A model generated the notes under the pieces. That model had not been told where the DNA came from and did no database searches. It saw nothing but the letters and a program-made list of their open reading frames with translations. From positions 1-64,000 of IMG/VR virus record IMGVR_UViG_3300045741_000623: DNA of 64,000 nt; one strand, written 5' to 3'. Positions 18,801-26,520 of the stretch are shown one piece after another (position 1 is the stretch's first letter; every line of letters starts with the position of its first letter). The translations under genes and the position numbers were made by a program. The stretch comes from a virus.

Positions 18801-21800
18801 TTACCAGCGAGTCGTCAGACGACCAGAATTGCCCTTGCTCACCCCTTTCGACCATCTGGATTGCCCGGTTTTTCTGCTGTTGCAGAAGTCCAGCAATGTC
18901 CTCGGCAGAGCGTCCTGCTTTGGCAAGTCTCCGACCTAAGTTCTGGGCAGCAGGGTTATTCGGCGACGTGCGCGCGATGGCGACGGCTTGCGCTTCCTTG
19001 ACGAGTCCGTTGACGTAGTCTGTCCAGAGATCATCCGTGCTGTTTTTGCCCAAGTCCCAGCCGGCACGGCCCTTAGATCGCGAAAGTAAGCCAGCCTCTC
19101 CGGCTTCTCGTTCTCCGAGATTTGTGCTTTGTTTGAAGAAATCTGCATAATCTCTGACGCTACCCTTTTCATCGCGGATATTTGAGATGGCGTCAAATAC
19201 TTTCGCTTGGGCAATCGTAAAATCCGGGCCCTCATTGACGATTTGCGCCGGAATAGTTTTCTCCCCGGTGCGTTCGGCAAGATCAAGCCGGTGGCGTCCG
19301 GTGACAATCTCAAGGTCGCCATTCAATCGCCGGATAAGCACGATCGGGGCATTGCCCAAACGTTCATATTTTCCGCCAAGCTCTTCCCCCCGGACAACCC
19401 CACGAGCATTGGCGTTTCGTTTGAACTGCCGAATGTCTTTGCTGAACTTGATTTGAGCCAGTGGAATTTCCTGGGTGGGATACTTTCCAGCATCGAGCGT
19501 GGTTACGACAGGTTGCGGTTCTGCTGGCGCAATTCGTTTGGGCGACTTGGGCTGAAGACCGGGCGTGGGCGGCGCAATGGGCTGCGGTACGGGTTGACCG
19601 CCCGCTTTAATGATGTTGAGGCGGTTACGGCGTTTCGCGGCTGCATCGGTTTTCTCGTAGTAATCGTTCCAAGTCTTGACGTCATGCCCGAGATAGGGCG
19701 TAAAATCGGCAGGAGAAAGCCCCTGCTCCAGCCACCGGTCGCCGCGAAACGATCGCATATCGTTCGCCGACATCGTATATCCTTCTGGCATCCCGAGACT
19801 GCGCCACAACGAATTGATATACGGATTGAGAGAGTGCGTGTCCTTCCATGTTGGCAACAGAACCTTATTGGTCGGCACACTCGGGTCCCAAGCTTTGTTG
19901 TAACCTCGTTCGCCAGCTTGCACGCGAGCCAATCGGTCCTGGTACAACCGCTTCAGGAAATCGGCGAGACCCGGGCTCAAACTTGGATCAAGCGGAAAGT
20001 CTCGAAAATGGCCTTTGCCCGACTTTTGCATGCCGCGATTGACGCCCGGAATGTGGATCACGCCATTCGCCCAATCAATGTCTCCCCATTGCAATGCGTG
20101 AGCTTCACCGGGGCGCGCACCAAGGAATGCCAAGAGTTCAATTGCATCGGCAATCGTCCGATAGTTTGAGTCGCGACCTTCAATCGAAGCTGCTTTTCCA
20201 GTTCGCCGCCATTCTTCCAGGCGCGCAAGCAGTGCCGGCGGAATTTCCCCCGGTTTAGCCTGTTCTCCACCAAAATCCCACCACGCGGGTTTGACGTTCG
20301 TTTGCTGATAATGACGCGGATTGGTGTCCCATTTCCGGACTGGATCATCCTCGGCAAGCCGAATCGGATTCTGTTGGATAAGACCAGATTTTCTGGCGGT
20401 TTCTAAAGCGGACCAAAGACGTGCCTTGGCTTTTTTCCACATCTCGTAAGACTGCGTTTTCTTCGCTTCCTCCTGCATCGCAAACAAAGCATCGACCGTA
20501 ACGTCTTGCGGTTTCGCTGTTCGCAAGTCGCCAAGGCCAGCACGCTCCCAAACGCGCAAGGCGGTTCGCACGTTATCGCGATAGTTAGTCGCCAAGTTCT
20601 CAACAACTTTTGGTTGATTCGCGCGCGTGACGTTTTGGCGGACATCGTCCCCAAGCGTCTTGCCGAACAATTCGCCCATAGACCCGGATTCGTGTGCGTC
20701 TGAGGCTTCCCAAGGAATGACCGCTTTTGAGGTGACGAGATTTTCCAACCGCGACCGCTTGGGTTCTTCTGGTGCTGATTCGCCGGTAAGCTCGTAAAGC
20801 GCTTTTCTCGCCGATCGCTCGTCCCATGTCTGTTTGAAATTGTCTCGAATATGCTGCAATGCAGCAGCCACGGCATCCGCTACCTTGCCACCGCCCTCAA
20901 TTACTCTCGCCAACACTTCAAGTGCCCCGTTCCAGACCGAAGGTGGAACGATGGTCATGTAAGTTTGACCGCGTTCATTGGTTAATTTCGCGGCTCGAAT
21001 CTTTGCTGCGAGTGAGTTAGCAGCGCTTTCGAAGGTAGCAGGTTGAGCAGGCGCAACGGGTGCCGGCGCCGCAGGTGGCACCGGCGGTCCCGCTGGTTCC
21101 GGAATTACTTCCGGCCCTTGCCTTTGCACTTCTTTGCCACTTGGGATCACCCCCTTTCCTAAATCTGGTGCTACCGGAGCGACAGGCGGCGCTGGCGGCG
21201 GGGTTTCCGCAACGGGCGCGACTGGCGGTGGTACTTCGGGAGGCGTCCCGGGTTGTCGAAGTGGTGTTTCCGGGCCCAAGCCTCCCCCTTCTGGCTGAAC
21301 GCCCACTTCCGCTGCTGCTGGCTGACGGCTGGCATTTTGTGCTCCTTCCTCTGTTGTCACGACTCCGTGTTTGCGTAATTCCTGTCGCAAAAGTGATCTG
21401 ACATTGCGCCATTTTATCTCGCGACCATGCTGTCTCTGAACCTCGTCAATGAACGTGTCAATCTCTGGAATTGGTCTTCCTTGGCGACCAACCAAATCGA
21501 CTTTTCGACCGAACAGAATTCCCTGTGCCGCCCGCTTAAGACCATCCTCAGTCAACGGTTCACTTCGATTTGAGTAGAACACCGGCTCTTCCGGCTTCGG
21601 CAGAATTGCCTTTTCAGGCGGCGTTGCGACCTCGTAAACGTCCTTATTTTTGTCGTAGCGATAGTCCCAAGTGCCCATCTCATTCCCAAGCCCTGCCAAC
21701 CTGACAATCGTACCGTCAATCGGAGCGCGTTCTTCCGGTTTCTCCTTGCTCGTCTGCGTTCGAATTGCCTCGTTCGCTTGATCGAACATGTCTCGACCGG

Positions 21801-22812
21801 CTTGAATGACGTCTTCGTCACTCGCTTTCTGCGCCGCCTCAATGAACTGGTTGTAAAGATCGGTTCGTTTCTTCTCAATCCGACTCGCCCGCGCGGCACC
21901 AGCTTTGTGCAACAAGCCACTGGCAAGATTGAGCATGACGAACCCGGGGATGCTACTGCCCGTCTCTTCAAACATCCGCTGGGGGTCAATCGGCTGGCCA
22001 TGAATCAAAGCATCGTACAACGTGCTCGCCGTTGTAAGCACGGCGGCATCTGCCGGCGCTTTGCCGAGGGTCATGCCAAGCAAAGTCTTCGCAGCAGGAA
22101 CGAAACTGAGCGCCCCACCTTCGGCGGCCCCTTTTATTCCGGCGTCAACGATGTCCGCCAGATTCTTTCCTTGGCCCGCCGCTTCGCCAGCGCTCATACG
22201 GGCGAACCCAGTCATTGCCGGGAGAACCCCAGCTTGCCAACGTTCCGCGTAAGTTGGCAGTCGTCCGGCTTTTGTTGCAGTTTCAAGGATGCGATTGCCG
22301 AGTTTGGCCACGGCAGGCCCGCCGCCGCCCAGGGACGAAATCAACATCGGAATCATCGCGCCCATCTGGGTTGCGATCGGATGCACCTTTAAGTCGGCGT
22401 CAAGTTGCGCTTGGTTTTCCTCATACCACTTCTGGCCCATCACCGATTTCTGAAGATTCGTAGTGAGTTTGTTCCCAATGGTACCAGCGAGAATATCGCC
22501 GCCGATAGCGCCAGCAACCATGCCGACCGGCCCTGTCTCCGAAAGTAAACCCGCACCGATTCTTGAGCCTAACGCGCCGGCAGCGAGAGTGCCGACCGCC
22601 GGAGCGGCGCCAGTGGCAAAGGCGCGACCAGCGCTTGCGAGTGCCCCTTCGGGTTGAACCGTCGAGACGGTGACATCGGAATTATTCAGGACGGGATAAT
22701 TCGACGGACTTGCGAAGTTGTAGGGAGACGGTTCCGGAACGTCCGCAACGAAATCTACTTGATCCGCTGCTGTTGATTCGACATCCGGAACAAAATCAAT
22801 GGTTGCGCCCAT
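12892..22812 (-). CDS. giant (3,306 aa) multi-domain virion/ejection 'polyvalent' protein candidate
   Basis: Uninterrupted 9,921-nt ORF. N-terminal Gly/Ala hydrophobic zipper-like stretch. Pro-rich linkers. Internal tyrosine-recombinase-like and ParB-like domains. Long helical/charged region. Hydrophobic segments at ~nt 14170-14420. Gly-rich then Arg-rich C-terminal tail. Co-oriented with three low-complexity proteins. Confidence 0.75.
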   Translation of the reverse strand: MGATIDFVPDVESTAADQVDFVADVPEPSPYNFASPSNYPVLNNSDVTVSTVQPEGALASAGRAFATGAAPAVGTLAAGALGSRIGAGLLSETGPVGMVAGAIGGDILAGTIGNKLTTNLQKSVMGQKWYEENQAQLDADLKVHPIATQMGAMIPMLISSLGGGGPAVAKLGNRILETATKAGRLPTYAERWQAGVLPAMTGFARMSAGEAAGQGKNLADIVDAGIKGAAEGGALSFVPAAKTLLGMTLGKAPADAAVLTTASTLYDALIHGQPIDPQRMFEETGSSIPGFVMLNLASGLLHKAGAARASRIEKKRTDLYNQFIEAAQKASDEDVIQAGRDMFDQANEAIRTQTSKEKPEERAPIDGTIVRLAGLGNEMGTWDYRYDKNKDVYEVATPPEKAILPKPEEPVFYSNRSEPLTEDGLKRAAQGILFGRKVDLVGRQGRPIPEIDTFIDEVQRQHGREIKWRNVRSLLRQELRKHGVVTTEEGAQNASRQPAAAEVGVQPEGGGLGPETPLRQPGTPPEVPPPVAPVAETPPPAPPVAPVAPDLGKGVIPSGKEVQRQGPEVIPEPAGPPVPPAAPAPVAPAQPATFESAANSLAAKIRAAKLTNERGQTYMTIVPPSVWNGALEVLARVIEGGGKVADAVAAALQHIRDNFKQTWDERSARKALYELTGESAPEEPKRSRLENLVTSKAVIPWEASDAHESGSMGELFGKTLGDDVRQNVTRANQPKVVENLATNYRDNVRTALRVWERAGLGDLRTAKPQDVTVDALFAMQEEAKKTQSYEMWKKAKARLWSALETARKSGLIQQNPIRLAEDDPVRKWDTNPRHYQQTNVKPAWWDFGGEQAKPGEIPPALLARLEEWRRTGKAASIEGRDSNYRTIADAIELLAFLGARPGEAHALQWGDIDWANGVIHIPGVNRGMQKSGKGHFRDFPLDPSLSPGLADFLKRLYQDRLARVQAGERGYNKAWDPSVPTNKVLLPTWKDTHSLNPYINSLWRSLGMPEGYTMSANDMRSFRGDRWLEQGLSPADFTPYLGHDVKTWNDYYEKTDAAAKRRNRLNIIKAGGQPVPQPIAPPTPGLQPKSPKRIAPAEPQPVVTTLDAGKYPTQEIPLAQIKFSKDIRQFKRNANARGVVRGEELGGKYERLGNAPIVLIRRLNGDLEIVTGRHRLDLAERTGEKTIPAQIVNEGPDFTIAQAKVFDAISNIRDEKGSVRDYADFFKQSTNLGEREAGEAGLLSRSKGRAGWDLGKNSTDDLWTDYVNGLVKEAQAVAIARTSPNNPAAQNLGRRLAKAGRSAEDIAGLLQQQKNRAIQMVERGEQGQFWSSDDSLVKEWEVNWQKAKKLIASFSAEIDAVQGAAENPELAAKHGVDVKDPEGIIKRIAELESKIEQLRKNPELADQFAPPAPEPKKKEESPVEISKVVPPAKDQTLFGDQKLEQNDLFSIQDVAKEVDPIKSANAAERLYGDPAKAADILERQLAVNDQDATTRKAFTKEQRQRLKEVIALLRTRAGGRPSSLALVTTNGEQTPLGERWKTVTADSKADILALLDRGNVMMNEETRAILRHLVTSKSWDTLPGFRLALTNWIKMADSGPFQHRTGLGEMTFDEGWKSLMRLHTAAEGKVTAEEILHHIFNYMTNEDRQWAIDRRREEVILKLAEAYQDRNRADANGSRIMAAEADQRINLLRLLKEGPMESHEFVSHLTSDNERVLRDLYPLINGDEFWAHMMNERAVKEFLRPADRTMLERFKDILRDFYHMIRRAFKLTTRDEEIWQDMIRGRYEYGPLQPDYHSELAWADTERSWRQVYGEPIGPEYPREKIDEIQGRLRAVPEWNFTGPVTPETTARVATLLARLVDPAQAQAELARLEGVSLERMAGSIMLSDAWDYAVRMVRDTGDQVLLRFMVERDADIASRFGAVSGSVAGSILRGRRPGAESPLWYNARQIFKGIEDLKETKLFGDQRLGEIVRVIREELGDPKVKASDIPQIISERLTKLAMADELKYAEQLLDNYQKRATEWVDSGVTNRMKEIVQEALRKSLSGKTIADIPGGPEAFQRKLSDDLFAAAQDYVKRANAEIERKNIKIREANEAGAIAGGEDFKPTREIPKIEIDEAKVQAQMDELAYNIWSVRLEREWTQAQRARLKEATWEDTKVQGMLSRWAQDAVEFLQPDRKSLAQDAIKKYLKGEVSLEDMTAEMLRAGVSKKTADEMAFQVERRKQMLDSNRRRRLWEQEAKRNAGLAETTAKAILNQLELKRGAEWVKPDVINQVREIIREALKIKPSQQDIEKYGALEASKRIGPITDVSAGQPFVPDPFLQELMAKLEAAGVKDPVVRQELAQAVGNDRSAQFASANVRVMERAAKSGRIAELMDEIIAAPFLLQQTKAWRDDVATRWFLSNGVGRERVAEAVQLFEEGFNTALNKAADELAKRLTSRISGAESVDEFIKAFRVGLTDPNKPWTEAYARKAGWRLPTSEEWKKLAEWDMELSDQKGELTLIERKEITERMMGIYLHMRLPPSLVHSIASNFIATNLTGIRTFTINYLGPALWMALDRALMTVAAPHRIYETWRPVVTAFKSFMHEFKYSVTTDAYTFINNEFEPASNELRRMYESGRTDLNSGEPARRAKGVIKVLYGSQQFFMRMLNAFDQASAVSIREAQLVMYGGEAMRAAGLTTGDVGNLVEASHRLKETAYLDGLRRGYSSTRAMVHADALLVDLLQSEIKQAIQERGVKGREGTDAAREARKAAEYDAYAGVGRLAPGVLEAEEGGLMSHAFIHTVLRISSLMRRGTSQDRMLAVAVMGYLAIPLRTARFYAWNSPYGLLRLGIHEYQKRHGETRWFKQSLANEYQEKYRLKQALAATAVQAVLTATGFALWGQSANSNDTDRKNNVFVTGMGPSNRNLQDAWLKQGFRPNSLVMFHNGKAITVPLTRLGEPMSHLFWILSARDDYNWRKKEKESTGNPFTETWEKTSAYGLGNYINLMGQRGLIQNLTSWGQAFGSQGGSETALAQRIAGVTASATMPFLGLQRSMRDITMGKVDTSSMQAAMLASFPVLAFMQRPAVNRFGDKLGNQTWYGKIADTGVPIAFQVADNSENRKLYQTLLAQSAAPPVLRRATLEEKYGTLTDDQFAQFTLKSGALLKKSVLDDIDTIASDTPQDARKLVSKLTNSADKLAAQAIGLEPTKPAKVAGGGLNLGNDTGGGLAASGGLAATGGLASERGLAGAGGLVSGGGAGIRMPRGGIGGSIRAARRPGLVRGRLGLRGGRRLSLRGSTKIGRLRVGPRLVRGIRRPARRRLRLSLA
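19230..19480 (-). other. ParB/Srx N-terminal-like domain inside the giant ORF
   Basis: IPLAQIKFSKDIRQFKRNANARGVVRGEELGGKYERLGNAPIVLIRRLNGDLEIVTGRHRLDLAERTGEKTIPAQIV. The V-x-G-R-H-R segment is equivalent to the ParB DGxHR box. Confidence 0.65.
19640..20590 (-). other. tyrosine recombinase (phage integrase family)-like domain inside the giant ORF
   Basis: Box I: AIELLAFLGARPGEAHALQWGDIDWANGVIHIP (Arg I). Lys-containing hairpin: MQKSGKGHFRDFPL. Box II: SANDMRSFRGDRWLEQGLSPADFTPYLGHDVKTWNDYY (Arg II, LGH His, terminal Tyr). The His of the canonical HxxR is Asn here. Confidence 0.65.
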
Positions 22813-22813
22813 T

Positions 22814-24124
22814 TTACGGCGGAAGTTTATAGCCCTTGGCTAAAGCTGATTTGAGTTGGTTTGCTGGGATTTTTCCGCGAACTCCGAGCGGACTGATTAC
22901 TGCGACCTGATTGCTTGTCTCGTAGTTCTTGAGAGTCTGTTGATATTTCTCAATTGCGCGTGCTTGGCGAAAGGCGCGAATGGGAGCGGCGCCAAAATAA
23001 TCCGCAACCCGAGCTTCCTTTGTTTGTTCGTCGATGTTGGGCAAGGCAGTTTCTTCCGTCACCCGGTCCAACTCTTTCTTGGCTGCCTTCACGTCTTCGA
23101 GCGTGGTGACTTTACGCTGCGAAGATGGCGCAGGTTGCGTCGCGATACTTACCGGAGGCGGAGCAGCGGTGACAGATGGCGGCGCGGCGGGTTGCGGTGT
23201 TGAGGTTGTGGTACCACCAAAATACGGTGACGGTTCGATTCCCTGGGCTGCGGCTGCCGGCGACGCAAATGAGGTGCCGGTCAATGTGGCCGTCGCGAAC
23301 GGATTTTCTGGCGGCGCTGGCGGATTTTCACCCCAATGTTGCAACATTGCTTCCGTGTCCACTGTCTGCGGCGGGTTCATGTTCAAGTTGGCGTTCCACT
23401 CGAATTGACCAGTCCCGCGATTAAACGCGACCTTGGATCGAAACTGCTCCGGAATACGCGCTTTGATTTCGCGTTCGATGTTTGTCAGAAAATAATCCGC
23501 GTTCTGCTTGAGTTTCGAAGGATCAATTTTAGCCATCGCGCGCGCAGTCGCGGCATTTGCTCCCGACAACATTCGATCGGGATATTGGCTGTGCAATTCT
23601 TCCGTCAACGATTGAACGCGATCGGGCTTGAGCGCGAACATAGTTCCGAGTGACTGCGGCGACATCTCGAAAGCTGCATCCGGATTTTTCGTGACGAATT
23701 CCATCAACTTCGATTCACCCGCAATTTGGGTTTGCTTCGCCTTTTCGGCATCGGCGATTTCACCTTGTTTCGTCGCGACATCGAAGTATCGCTGGTGGTA
23801 TGATTTTTCCTCTGCCAACCGGTCTGCGGCAAGTTTCGCCGCCGTCATCGCTTCCCAATTGCGCCGCTGTTTTTCTTCGGCGTCTCCTTGCTCTTTCAGA
23901 GCGAGTTGTTGAGCCGCCTGTTGCCGGGCGTAATCCTGGGTTTCATTGGAGCGTGCGAGTTGATAATAATTCTGCGCGTTCTGAATCAGTTGTTGGTCGT
24001 ATGCCGTTTGCCGGCCAATGTTCGCTTCCTGACCCGCGCGGTTCGCCTGTTCCCACTGATAAATCTGCGGGATCATCGTATCCGTCGCGCCACTCGACCA
24101 GATTGGAAAGGATGGGTTAGGCAT
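22814..24124 (-). CDS. hypothetical protein (internal virion/ejection block candidate)
   Basis: 436 aa. The N-terminal two-thirds are Gln/Ala/Glu-rich and coiled-coil-like. Pro/Ala/Thr-rich central linker. 1-nt spacer to the giant ORF downstream. Confidence 0.55.
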   Translation of the reverse strand: MPNPSFPIWSSGATDTMIPQIYQWEQANRAGQEANIGRQTAYDQQLIQNAQNYYQLARSNETQDYARQQAAQQLALKEQGDAEEKQRRNWEAMTAAKLAADRLAEEKSYHQRYFDVATKQGEIADAEKAKQTQIAGESKLMEFVTKNPDAAFEMSPQSLGTMFALKPDRVQSLTEELHSQYPDRMLSGANAATARAMAKIDPSKLKQNADYFLTNIEREIKARIPEQFRSKVAFNRGTGQFEWNANLNMNPPQTVDTEAMLQHWGENPPAPPENPFATATLTGTSFASPAAAAQGIEPSPYFGGTTTSTPQPAAPPSVTAAPPPVSIATQPAPSSQRKVTTLEDVKAAKKELDRVTEETALPNIDEQTKEARVADYFGAAPIRAFRQARAIEKYQQTLKNYETSNQVAVISPLGVRGKIPANQLKSALAKGYKLPP

Positions 24125-24127
24125 AAA

Positions 24128-25684
24128 TTACCAAGAGTAAGCTGGGTCGTAACTGTTGGGATTGTATGGCTCCGGCTGAATGGGCTGAGGGTTTTGTGGC
24201 CAAGTCGCGCTCAAAGCTCCACCGGGATATTGTCCGCCATAAGGATTCGCCGGGGGATGCGCCCGTGAGTACGCCATCACCTGTTCGATTCGCGATGGAG
24301 GCGGAGGATTGTTGCCCGTCCCGCCGACAGGGGGATAACCCGTGAAAGTATTTCCGGGCTGGGTCGGCGGCGGCAACGAATAACGGCTCGGGAAATTCGT
24401 CGGGAAATTCGGCTGCGGCAACCCGTAGTACTGCGGCTGCGTGATCGGCCCAGAGCCGGGAATGTAAACGTTCCCACGTTCGCCGCCGTACTGCTGCTCC
24501 AATCCGGCAGCTTGTCCAACCAGACCAAGTGAGCGCGACTTTTGCGCCTGCCACTCTGATACGAGCGAATTGATGATGCTCTCCGACAAGCCTTGATTGC
24601 GGAGATTTTGGACGGCGGCATTGTAACCGCGTTCCTTGACCATGAGATCGAGGTTTTGCAACTGTTGCTCGGTTGCCTTTCGCTGCAAAACGTTGCCCTG
24701 TTGCAAGCCGTAGATGTTCGATTCCGTCGGCATGTTGAGGTTTGCGATCCGCCCATACTGGCGCGCGGCGAGGTCGGAATAGAACGGTTGGTACCGGCCC
24801 AGTGCCTCGCCCATGTATTGACGACCTTGAATTTGGAACGGCAACGCAGCCTGAACCGCGCTGCGCCCGGCAATTTGGCCAATGGCAGAACTCGCGCCGC
24901 CGCCGGCACCAATGCCGTAGCGACTCACATACCCGGTCGCGCGCGCTTGGGCGTCCGCGACCGAAGCCGGGATGTCCTTATTGTAGAAGTCCTGTGCATT
25001 TTGCAGGTACTTGTCCAACGCCCCTTGACCCTGCACGCCATATCTGTTCAACACGTCTTCAGCTTGCCCGAGTTGTCCGCGCGCGGTGGTGGCATACTGG
25101 TTAGTCAACGATTGGGATTGAGCATCCAAAGCCCGTTGATTGGCTGCGTAATCGCCGATGTTGTTCGAAGCCTGAAACTGGTTGTAGCGGTTGGCCATTT
25201 CGGCATTGGCACCGCCAAACTGCGCTTTGAGCGCGTTGAAATCCAGCGAGCCGATGCCTTTGTCAGTGCCGGCGATGTCGCCGAACGCCTTGCTGGTTGC
25301 GCCAGAGACCTCGGGATATTTGGAGGGCATCTGATAATGCTCAAACAATTTTTCAAACGGAATTTCGCCGCGATCATAGGCGGCTTTCAAAGCCGTCAAT
25401 CGGTTAAGCGGCTGGCCGTTGGCATCGACGCCGTAAGCGCTGTTATCTCCGGGATTATTCCCGCGTGGCCCAACGATCCCGCTTGGAAGTCGAAAGGTGG
25501 TGTCAACTGTCGGTATTCCCATGCTGGCCCGGTACCGGTCGCCCGGCTGGCCATAGCCGGGGATGCTCGGCGCGATCCCCCAATTTGGTGATGGAGTCGT
25601 GAGCCATGAACCAGAGCTTCCGGGATAAGCCTTCCCTTGTATTGGATCAAGGTACCCTGATTTCGAGTATAGAGCGCTTGGCAT
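24128..25684 (-). CDS. hypothetical Gln/Asn/Gly/Tyr/Pro-rich protein (internal virion/ejection block candidate)
   Basis: 518 aa. Strongly biased composition. The C-terminal ~110 aa (PQYYGLPQPNFPTNFPSRYSLPPPTQPGNTF ... NPQPIQPEPYNPNSYDPAYSW) has almost no charged residues. 3-nt spacer to the next gene. Confidence 0.55.
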   Translation of the reverse strand: MPSALYSKSGYLDPIQGKAYPGSSGSWLTTPSPNWGIAPSIPGYGQPGDRYRASMGIPTVDTTFRLPSGIVGPRGNNPGDNSAYGVDANGQPLNRLTALKAAYDRGEIPFEKLFEHYQMPSKYPEVSGATSKAFGDIAGTDKGIGSLDFNALKAQFGGANAEMANRYNQFQASNNIGDYAANQRALDAQSQSLTNQYATTARGQLGQAEDVLNRYGVQGQGALDKYLQNAQDFYNKDIPASVADAQARATGYVSRYGIGAGGGASSAIGQIAGRSAVQAALPFQIQGRQYMGEALGRYQPFYSDLAARQYGRIANLNMPTESNIYGLQQGNVLQRKATEQQLQNLDLMVKERGYNAAVQNLRNQGLSESIINSLVSEWQAQKSRSLGLVGQAAGLEQQYGGERGNVYIPGSGPITQPQYYGLPQPNFPTNFPSRYSLPPPTQPGNTFTGYPPVGGTGNNPPPPSRIEQVMAYSRAHPPANPYGGQYPGGALSATWPQNPQPIQPEPYNPNSYDPAYSW

Positions 25685-25689
25685 AAATT

Positions 25690-26004
25690 TTAGGGTGATA
25701 ATTCGTCAATCTGCGTCTGGAGTTCGGCGATCTTTTCTTGCAAATCGTTTATCATGCTCTCCAGGGAAGCCTTGGTCTGAGTGTTGACGCGGTTAATTGC
25801 GATGTTGGTCTGTTCACGCCATGTCTCGAAAGACGCGGTGTTATTCCGATGCCAGTTGGTAAGCTCAGGCAGAACTTTGTTCACCTTGGGCGGAATTTCG
25901 ACGTGCGCCAATCGTGGGATAACCAAATTGGTTGCCGAGTCCGAAGCCAGCTTGGCGCCGATTTGGTTTTTCGACGCCTGTTTGATTTCAATGTCCGTTG
26001 GCAT
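25690..26004 (-). CDS. hypothetical protein
   Basis: 104 aa with a C-terminal coiled-coil-like MINDLQEKIAELQTQIDEL. Part of the tightly packed minus-strand block. Confidence 0.5.
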   Translation of the reverse strand: MPTDIEIKQASKNQIGAKLASDSATNLVIPRLAHVEIPPKVNKVLPELTNWHRNNTASFETWREQTNIAINRVNTQTKASLESMINDLQEKIAELQTQIDELSP

Positions 26005-26005
26005 C

Positions 26006-26218
26006 TTAATGATGAAAACTTGCGAGCGTCATGGCTAGCCGAGCCCGCCGCGCGAGCAAGGTGTTTTTCGATTTCGCGGCGAGTTGCAACCGGCGCTTGG
26101 GTATCTTTCGACCTTGCGGAATTCCCAATGACCGATGCAAACCGCCGACATGTTTTATCGCTCCTGCAATCCAATGATTAGGCATAGTTTTTCCAGCACC
26201 CCGGGAAGGCTGCTCCAA
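26006..26218 (-). CDS. hypothetical small basic protein
   Basis: 70 aa, first gene of the minus-strand block. IKHVGGLHRSLGIPQGRKIPKRRLQLAAKS...LARRARLA resembles a small conserved family whose name I cannot recall. Confidence 0.45.
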   Translation of the reverse strand: MEQPSRGAGKTMPNHWIAGAIKHVGGLHRSLGIPQGRKIPKRRLQLAAKSKNTLLARRARLAMTLASFHH

Positions 26219-26483
26219 TTAACTCCCAAACTCACAAATCCGCAAGGGGTTTCCATCCCAAGCGATCTGTGAGTAACTTGTGAATAACTCTGTCGGTAAG
26301 TTTTTTTGGATTTTTATTGCGTGATGAATCGGCATTTGAGAAAGGTTGCGCATGACTCTTTGGACGGGTTGTAAAATGTGGTTTTCGAGCCTTAAAATCG
26401 CCAGCTTGTGAAAGTCTTGGGTTCCGCCCTTGCGCTCGCATGGGACATCCCTGACCCGTCCACACAGGCTGGCGTTTTTAGAG

Positions 26484-26503
26484 TTCGAAAACGATTTTTC
26501 GAA
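26484..26503. promoter_or_regulatory. perfect 8-bp inverted repeat (TTCGAAAA-cgat-TTTTCGAA), operator or hairpin candidate
   Basis: Arms at 26484-26491 and 26496-26503 with a 4-nt spacer. It lies 17 nt upstream of the ATG of the first + strand gene (26521), in the ~300-nt divergent intergenic region 26219-26520. Confidence 0.35.
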
Positions 26504-26520
26504 TTTCTCAACTGACAAAT

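Noticed and set aside
12860-20169. Many antisense ORFs inside the giant gene (for example 12860-13501 +, 13327-14178 +, 14851-15489 +, 17617-18249 +, 19207-20169 +).
   Set aside because: All lie opposite an uninterrupted 9.9-kb ORF with recognisable domains. Their translations are Arg/Pro/Gly-rich or low-complexity, typical of the complementary strand of a GC-moderate gene.
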